Virus record (IMG/VR): IMGVR_UViG_3300023110_000034
Span: 2,303-66,302 of that record
DNA: 64,000 nucleotides
Direction: 5' to 3' (one strand)
Source: a virus
Both the position numbers and the translations under genes were made by a program. Below the pieces are notes generated by a model. That model was not told the origin of the DNA, did not search any database, and was given only the letters and a program-made list of their open reading frames with translations. Below, one piece after another: positions 57,848 to 64,000 of the stretch. The first letter of the stretch is position 1. Every line of letters begins with the position of its first letter.

Positions 57848-58809
57848 ATATCTTCAAAATCTTCTCCCTCGTTTGCTTTGGAATAATCAGTCGGGCGAAT
57901 AGCAAAAAAATCAGTATGAGTATGCCCCCCGGTAAGATGATAGAACCAGTCAAGATTTTCTGCTCCTTTTTCGTTAAACGCAAAGTATTGCCCGAGGTCC
58001 AAGTAACCAAGTTCTTGTAATTTTTCATTGAGACGTTTTCTAATGAATTGTTTGAGATCGTAGGATTTAAGGTTTTCAATATCTCCTTGTTCAAACATTT
58101 TGTCGATATATTTTTCTTCTGCTTCAAGCATTGCTTCTGCTGCTTTAATAACATCTTCTCTACAATCTTCTAATAAATTTGGTATTTCTTCACACATATG
58201 TCTAAACAATTGACAACCCATTTTACTATGCAGTGATTCATCACGTACACTCCATTTCATTTGTTGTCCTATTCCTTTGAGCAAATTACGTAATTGGAAG
58301 CTATAAAGAACAGCAAAAGCAGAATAGAGACTAACTCCTTCTGCGAATGCACTAAATACTGCAAGGCTTTTTGCAATTCCAATGGGGTTATTTCCATCAT
58401 AACTAACTAAATTATCAAAGCGTTCCATTGTTGCTTCATCTTGCAAAAACGCTTCAAAGTTTTCTAATCCTAATGTTTCATTTAAATAACTATAAGCTAC
58501 AGCGTGTATTGTTTCTTGTGATCCAAACATCATAGCCATTTGCTGTATCTCATGCTTTGGAAACCATGATACAACTTTTTGCGTCCAGTAGTCAGATACT
58601 GCACACTCTGTTTGCGCAAAACCCAATAAGATATTTCCAACCAAGTTTTTTTCTGAGGCTGTAAGCTTTTCGTTCCAATCCTTGACGTCACCTGACATCG
58701 GGATCTCGGTATGTAACCAGAATGCTTGAGCTTGTTTAAGCCATCCCTCAGTATAGTATTCTGGATACTCAAATGGTTTGTACGGTATTCTTTCATCAAA
58801 TAATCCCAT
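57841..58809 (-). CDS. nrdB: Class I ribonucleotide reductase beta
   Basis: FW...E, QTEC, ETIH...Y, AEG..LYS.F, DESLH, DFF...TDY. Confidence 0.95.
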   Translation of the reverse strand: MGLFDERIPYKPFEYPEYYTEGWLKQAQAFWLHTEIPMSGDVKDWNEKLTASEKNLVGNILLGFAQTECAVSDYWTQKVVSWFPKHEIQQMAMMFGSQETIHAVAYSYLNETLGLENFEAFLQDEATMERFDNLVSYDGNNPIGIAKSLAVFSAFAEGVSLYSAFAVLYSFQLRNLLKGIGQQMKWSVRDESLHSKMGCQLFRHMCEEIPNLLEDCREDVIKAAEAMLEAEEKYIDKMFEQGDIENLKSYDLKQFIRKRLNEKLQELGYLDLGQYFAFNEKGAENLDWFYHLTGGHTHTDFFAIRPTDYSKANEGEDFEDIW

Positions 58810-58810
58810 A

Positions 58811-59251
58811 TTAATTTTTTTCTATTTCTAAACAAATATCTATAAATGGTAAATATAATACATGCTGCACATAATCTTGCTCAACATACGATCTAATTCC
58901 TAACAAAATACCAGGATACAAACCAATACTAAGTGCCCAGTTTGGTATATTCATCTTCCTTGTGATCTATAAGGTTTAACATAATTTTTAGAAGACTTCA
59001 AATTAGATGTTTTACTTTTTGCATGAACACCCGGTCTTCTTACTTTTGTTTTTTTAAAGTAATTTCCACTTATTATTTTAGCCATAACATTTAATGTTGT
59101 ATTTATCTTGTATCTCAACTAATTCTCTATACTTTATATAACCTCTATTAGTTATTGACCACTTAATCCATTTTTCTATTTGGCGCTCAGCATATTTAAT
59201 CCTAGCTATTTTTTTTGCTTGCTCAGGATGAGTTCTATTGTTCTGTCGCAT
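58811..59251 (-). CDS. Three small hypothetical genes (58811-58954, 58951-59085, 59078-59251)
   Basis: Manual overlapping ORFs of 47, 44 (basic, RRPGVHAKSK) and 57 aa. Confidence 0.55.
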
Positions 59252-59652
59252 TCTTTTTGATTTTGTGGTTTATATAAAGTATATTCTGGAAATTGTTCAG
59301 TAACTAATCTTTTGAATAATTTCCACCTGATAGGGAAAGATTCGTTAGGCCTTCCTTTGGTTTCAATTATGAAATCTTTACCAATAAAATCTGGAGTATA
59401 TTTAATGGGTAATATTCTTTTACTACCCCTATTGACATACTCACCTTTGCCATTGGCTTGCCTTTCATAAGATTCGTTTTCAAAGTGAAAACCATTTATT
59501 AAAACGAATGTTTCCCCCTCATACTTGGCTCTAATTTTAGCTTTTTTTAAAGCTGTATACATATATCTTTCTAATCCTGATGCAAAGTTATGCCCATCAT
59601 AACTAATCTTTTTTGCTCTTACAGGACCTTTCTTTTTACTCTTTCTTCGCAT
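59206..59652 (-). CDS. T7 endonuclease I-like Holliday junction resolvase
   Basis: F.SGLE...YE...YTPDF....IIETKG. Confidence 0.85.
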   Translation of the reverse strand: MRRKSKKKGPVRAKKISYDGHNFASGLERYMYTALKKAKIRAKYEGETFVLINGFHFENESYERQANGKGEYVNRGSKRILPIKYTPDFIGKDFIIETKGRPNESFPIRWKLFKRLVTEQFPEYTLYKPQNQKECDRTIELILSKQKK

Positions 59653-59863
59653 CTCTAATATAACATTCTTCAATCTCATCTCTTAATACCATACGAGCTT
59701 TCTCAAGATAGTTAACAGCATCCATTAATTCTTCTTGTAAATGCTGTAACCAAGTATCAAGTGGTTGATCATCATCTGCTAAAGTTACACCATACTTTTT
59801 AAAGCCAACATCAGATCTTGATTGAATTTTATTTATAACTTGTTTTATTATTTGATCTCTCAT
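59636..59863 (-). CDS. Small all-alpha NTP-pyrophosphatase-like protein
   Basis: G.KKYG.TL....WL.HLQEELMDA..Y. Confidence 0.6.
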   Translation of the reverse strand: MRDQIIKQVINKIQSRSDVGFKKYGVTLADDDQPLDTWLQHLQEELMDAVNYLEKARMVLRDEIEECYIRDAKKE

Positions 59864-60624
59864 TATAATGTTGTTTTTACAAATGTACCATTTTTCATTT
59901 CACCAGTTCTAGTAGATATTTCATCATAAGCAGACTGAATACAACTTTCAATGTCGGTACCTGCAAGGTGGGCGAGATTAGTAAGAACAACAACACAATC
60001 ACCAATAGCGTCAATAATATCTGGTTGGCTGTCTTTAAGTATCCCTTGCGATAATTCTCCTGATTCTTCATATAATTTAATTAATTGTGTCTTAACATCT
60101 CCTTTATCATAGATGCCACGCTCGTTTGCCCAGTCTCTAATGAGTCCAAATATGTTTTCTTTGTTGTACGTTGGTTTTGCCATAAAAGCCTCATAAAAGG
60201 CTTTATTATAAATATAAGAACGTTGGTCATTATACATTGATACTTTAGAATTTTTAACTATCCATTTAATTGTGTCTTTGTTTATTTCAAATACACCTAA
60301 TGAAGTCTTCCATTTACTTTCAATATTTTCTTTAAGAAACTTTTTTAATTTCTTTTTTTCAACAGGAAAAGTGGTTGTTTGTTCTGTAATGTTTATATCC
60401 ATTTCTCTATTTGATTTAAATAAATTTTTGTATAATGTTCTATCAATCTTATACCCATAAGACTTTTGAAGTTCTATTTCCTTCTCGGATATATAACTTA
60501 TATCTTCAGAAGAATCAAGAACTTCATATTCATCAGGCTTATAGCCCTGCACCAGCGTAACTCTATTATTTAGATTACGTGTTACACCTATTTTTTTACC
60601 TGGAATATGATAAATATAAAACAT
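59863..60624 (-). CDS. MazG-like pyrophosphohydrolase with N-terminal GIY-YIG-like domain
   Basis: C-terminal W..ERG...Q..KL.EE.GEL...DAIGD..VVL; N-terminal YIYHI..KKIGVT...R. Confidence 0.75.
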   Translation of the reverse strand: MFYIYHIPGKKIGVTRNLNNRVTLVQGYKPDEYEVLDSSEDISYISEKEIELQKSYGYKIDRTLYKNLFKSNREMDINITEQTTTFPVEKKKLKKFLKENIESKWKTSLGVFEINKDTIKWIVKNSKVSMYNDQRSYIYNKAFYEAFMAKPTYNKENIFGLIRDWANERGIYDKGDVKTQLIKLYEESGELSQGILKDSQPDIIDAIGDCVVVLTNLAHLAGTDIESCIQSAYDEISTRTGEMKNGTFVKTTL

Positions 60625-60625
60625 A

Positions 60626-61045
60626 TTATTCGTATAGTTTGTTATACTTAGCTACAACGTATATTGATTCTTTATTTTCTGCAACTCCAAATCCAATATT
60701 TGTTGCTCCTGGATAAATTATTTGATTAAAAGTACTCCAATCATCTGGATCTATAATCCAATTTAAAGTAGCTTCTAATAAAACATCTTTATTATTATTT
60801 ACAGCATACATTCTATTAATATAAAATATGTTTTCTCCGTAATTATCTGTGCTTACAGTGAATGTATCTGTTTCTGCTAAATATTCAGCCCAAGCTTGTG
60901 CTTCTAAAGCTAAGTTGTCATTATATGATAATAAAGGTGCATCGTAATAACTTCTAACTGTGTTTTGAAATTGTAATGCATTATCATAATACGTTTGCCC
61001 TATAGCGAATATAGGAAATAGTAATGTAAATATAAATTTTTTCAT
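60626..61045 (-). CDS. Secreted CAP (SCP/PR-1) domain protein
   Basis: Signal peptide MKKFIFTLLFPIFAIG; L...AQAWAEYLA, YGENIF, IGFGVA, YVVAKY. Confidence 0.75.
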   Translation of the reverse strand: MKKFIFTLLFPIFAIGQTYYDNALQFQNTVRSYYDAPLLSYNDNLALEAQAWAEYLAETDTFTVSTDNYGENIFYINRMYAVNNNKDVLLEATLNWIIDPDDWSTFNQIIYPGATNIGFGVAENKESIYVVAKYNKLYE

Positions 61046-61133
61046 GTTTTTATTTTTTATTTGTTCAATTATTTTTTTACTTTCTTTTGATAACCATTTG
61101 CCTGGATAATTATTTTTAATAAACCATAATTCA

Positions 61134-61958
61134 TCAGACTGCGAGTGGGGCTTTGATTTTTTCATGAGGATTATAATTATTTAATTTAAACATATTTTTT
61201 GATGGTATAAAAACAAAATTATTAGCACCCTCTTGTACGGTCAATCCAAATGACACATCAACAGTCGGTAATTTTTTTGGTTCCCTGGCTAATTGTATAC
61301 TAGCTTGATCTAAATGATTATTATATAAATGACAATCACCAAGTTGTCCTATTAGTTGACCTGGTTTATAACCATTTCCTTTAGCTAACATTAACAAAAG
61401 TAAACCATACATAGCTATATCATAAGGTAAACCTAAAAATATATCAACAGATCTTTGTTGCCACATAAGATCCATTACACCATCATTTATATAGACTTGA
61501 AAACCATAATGACAAGGAGGCAATGCCATATCATCGAAATCAGCAGGGTTCCAAGCATTAACCATAAGTCTGCGCGAAGATGGATTTCTTTTGATGTCAA
61601 GTAATAAACGTAAAAGCTGGTCACTCCCATTGAAATTTCTCCACTGCCAACCGTATACCTTGCCAAGAGTTCCATCAGTCCTTCCTGAGGCTTCATAGTT
61701 GGGAGTCCAATAATTAACACCATTGTTAATAAGGTATTGTAGATCAGTGCGACCCTGAAGTATCCATAATATTTCCGTAAGCGCATGATTAAAATTTACT
61801 TTTTTAGTTGTTAAAAGTGGGAAACCCATTTTCATATCATGTCTGATAATCCTCCCAAATACAGATTTAGTGCCTGTACCTGTTCTGTCTGGTTTATCTT
61901 TACCAGCGTGAAAAACGCCTGATAATAAACCCCTATATTCTTCATCTATATTTATCAT
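61134..61958 (-). CDS. thyA: Thymidylate synthase
   Basis: DRTGTGT, FPLLTTK, YGWQWR, MALPPCH, QRS.D.FLGLP. Confidence 0.97.
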   Translation of the reverse strand: MINIDEEYRGLLSGVFHAGKDKPDRTGTGTKSVFGRIIRHDMKMGFPLLTTKKVNFNHALTEILWILQGRTDLQYLINNGVNYWTPNYEASGRTDGTLGKVYGWQWRNFNGSDQLLRLLLDIKRNPSSRRLMVNAWNPADFDDMALPPCHYGFQVYINDGVMDLMWQQRSVDIFLGLPYDIAMYGLLLLMLAKGNGYKPGQLIGQLGDCHLYNNHLDQASIQLAREPKKLPTVDVSFGLTVQEGANNFVFIPSKNMFKLNNYNPHEKIKAPLAV

Positions 61959-62205
61959 AGTAATATTTACAAAAATTATAATATTCTACCCAAACAGTAT
62001 CTTTATCATATATGCTTGGTGCTATATTTGGTTTTTCACCTTTTTTATGTGGTCCAATATTTATACCTATTCGCCATTTATTAGGTTCATTCTTAATTCC
62101 TAACGGAGATATTCTTATATTGTTTTTAACACAAAAATCTCGTGCAGTTACTTCATCATCATTTGCATGATAATAAGGCATCCAATTTTCTTTTTTTTTA
62201 GCCAT
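61942..62205 (-). CDS. Hypothetical protein
   Basis: 87-aa ORF. Confidence 0.6.
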   Translation of the reverse strand: MAKKKENWMPYYHANDDEVTARDFCVKNNIRISPLGIKNEPNKWRIGINIGPHKKGEKPNIAPSIYDKDTVWVEYYNFCKYYYDKYR

Positions 62206-63921
62206 TTATTCCCAAGGCATTGCTTCTTGTTCTGTAACTAATGGTTCGTGCGGAATAAAACATCCTGATCTTGGTTCCCATTTGAAATGTGCTTCTGCTC
62301 CGTTTTCCCCAAGGTTTTGGAATTTAACTTTAAGAACTTTTGCTTTAACTGTCTTATTATCGTAATCCCTGTGAACAAGAAGGCCATGATAAGAAGCATC
62401 ATACCACTCACCACCTCCTTTGATATTATACATAGTTGGTTCTTCAATTTTTCCATTTGCATCTTTGTACATTTTAGTTGGGTGAGCTACTACAATAACT
62501 AAAACGTCATACTTTTTAGCAAATGTTTCAATTTTTGTAAGATACTCCATTGTATATCTATTAACGTCTTCTGTTTTAGCATCAACGTCTCTTACCTTAT
62601 TAAATGGATCAATAACTAAACATTTAATACCTTTTCGTTTTACTAATTCAGCACCTTTCCTTAATACAGATTCAAGTGTATATCTGTCCATATCAATAAA
62701 AAAGAAATTATCATTAACATGCTCAGCTACTTGATTCCATTTATCAGATCCTATTTGATCTTTACGTGGCATATCTTGCCACACTTTACGCATTAATTTA
62801 TGGGCGTGTAAATAAGTTGGTGCATTTTCAGGAGAAGCAAACGCCGTCTTCCAAGCATAGTTTTGATTATATCCAACAACCATTTGGTCGACAAAATCAC
62901 TTTTACCGGAACTCGGTATACCAGTGACAGTAATGAATTGACCAGTATAAGTCGAAAATATATCATCAAAATTTTGAATTCCAATTTGATAACCCTTTTT
63001 AAAACCATTTTGAACGAAATCGGTAATCTCAGACTCGATGTCTTTGAACGTAGTAACATTTTCAAGGGGTACCGGTTTTGCGGCGGTAATACACTTTGCC
63101 AGTTTTTCTTTTCCATATTTTAATAAATATTCGTTAGCGTCTTTACAATCATCAAATGTTGCTAAATAACATACTTCAGATCCTAATCTTCTAACTAATT
63201 CTGATTGTAACGCTTGTCCAGCTTCATCTGAATCAACTGCTATAATAATTTTTTCTTTATCAGAAAAATAATCAATGCAATTATCAAGATAATCAAGATT
63301 GTTGGAATTAAGAGTAGCTCCATTAGGGACTGAAACGACATTATGTATGCCAGATTCATAAAGACTAAGAGCATCCATCTCGCCTTCCACAATAACACAA
63401 TATTCATAACCAACAATATTATCAATATTATAAAAGATTTTTTCGGCTCCTTTATATAATTTAAAATTCTTTCTACCATCTCTATATTTAATATTGACTA
63501 ATTCATTACCTGCAAAATAATTAAAATGTATAGCATTCTCGATTTTTCCCGTCTGTGGCATAAACTCAGGGCCCTCAGTTACTTTAAGAGCCCTTAGAGT
63601 TTCTTTTGATATACCACGTGATTTAAACCACTCTTCAACTTTTGTACTTACTTCCTTTACATTTACAATAGGATCTGGTTTAATATAGATCTTATCAGTT
63701 TCTCCTTTTCTTTGGTAAGTATGTAATTGAAAAGTGCTATCACAATTATGACAAGTACCGAGACCCCGTTCCCAATCATAAGAAGCACACTTTTGCTTTT
63801 TATTTTCGGGTTTTCTGTTGTGGGAACACAAAGGACAGACTCCTTGTGTTTTACCCACTTCCAGCTCATATTGATTGAAAGTATCAATCAAAAATCCATT
63901 GATCTCCGTGTTATTAATCAT
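62206..63921 (-). CDS. Primase-helicase (T7 gp4/Twinkle-like)
   Basis: Zn finger CPLC...CHNC, TOPRIM EGEMD/DSD, Walker A GIPSSGKS, VAHP. Confidence 0.93.
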   Translation of the reverse strand: MINNTEINGFLIDTFNQYELEVGKTQGVCPLCSHNRKPENKKQKCASYDWERGLGTCHNCDSTFQLHTYQRKGETDKIYIKPDPIVNVKEVSTKVEEWFKSRGISKETLRALKVTEGPEFMPQTGKIENAIHFNYFAGNELVNIKYRDGRKNFKLYKGAEKIFYNIDNIVGYEYCVIVEGEMDALSLYESGIHNVVSVPNGATLNSNNLDYLDNCIDYFSDKEKIIIAVDSDEAGQALQSELVRRLGSEVCYLATFDDCKDANEYLLKYGKEKLAKCITAAKPVPLENVTTFKDIESEITDFVQNGFKKGYQIGIQNFDDIFSTYTGQFITVTGIPSSGKSDFVDQMVVGYNQNYAWKTAFASPENAPTYLHAHKLMRKVWQDMPRKDQIGSDKWNQVAEHVNDNFFFIDMDRYTLESVLRKGAELVKRKGIKCLVIDPFNKVRDVDAKTEDVNRYTMEYLTKIETFAKKYDVLVIVVAHPTKMYKDANGKIEEPTMYNIKGGGEWYDASYHGLLVHRDYDNKTVKAKVLKVKFQNLGENGAEAHFKWEPRSGCFIPHEPLVTEQEAMPWE

Positions 63922-64000
63922 TTAATCTTCTATCAAATTTTCATTGTCATTATCATTGCTTACGGCAACATCGTAATCATCATCAAAATGGTAAATCATC

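Noticed and set aside
8226-63887. Antisense and alternate-frame ORFs in the track (e.g. 13232-13690, 28944-29501, 50626-51129, 55778-56227)
   Set aside because: They lie within well-supported genes and show no protein motifs; shadow ORFs.
28679-63921. Introns or inteins in terL, nrdA/nrdB, thyA or helicase
   Set aside because: ORFs are uninterrupted, of normal length, and lack intein junction motifs.
1-64000. Stop-codon reassignment as in some crAss-like phages
   Set aside because: Long genes are intact in the standard code, and both TAG (terL) and TGA end genes.
1-64000. Prophage or integration module
   Set aside because: No integrase, repressor pair or host genes in this window; the rest of the genome is not visible.

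Overview
This is a 64 kb, AT-rich piece of a lytic dsDNA phage genome with podovirus-type head/tail genes. The host is probably a Bacteroidota (Flavobacteriia): leaders are AT-rich without Shine-Dalgarno sites, and the gene content resembles marine Cellulophaga phi38:1-like or crAss-related podoviruses. There are three blocks. (1) 1-6.8 kb, minus strand: an early region of small genes behind six copies of a 33-bp promoter-like motif. It holds a structured non-coding island, DnaA-IV, KTSC and UVR mini-proteins, an HTH gene and a sigma-70 gene. (2) 7.0-55.5 kb, plus strand: radical SAM/SPASM enzyme, LamG and Gly-rich fibres, GroEL/GroES, lysis genes, terminase, portal, scaffold, capsid, tail, poly-Thr proteins next to a glycosyltransferase, and ejection proteins including a 1924-aa protein. 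(3) 55.5-64 kb, minus strand: RNR, endonuclease, MazG, CAP protein, ThyA and primase-helicase. Best novelty candidates: a sigma-like module inside the giant virion protein that could start early transcription; a plant HPAT/SGT-like O-glycosyltransferase beside mucin-like virion proteins; Matryoshka-nested LamG fibres; and a cluster of structured RNAs with a CCA-ended tRNA-like element. All family calls are by-eye motif recognition; no searches were run.
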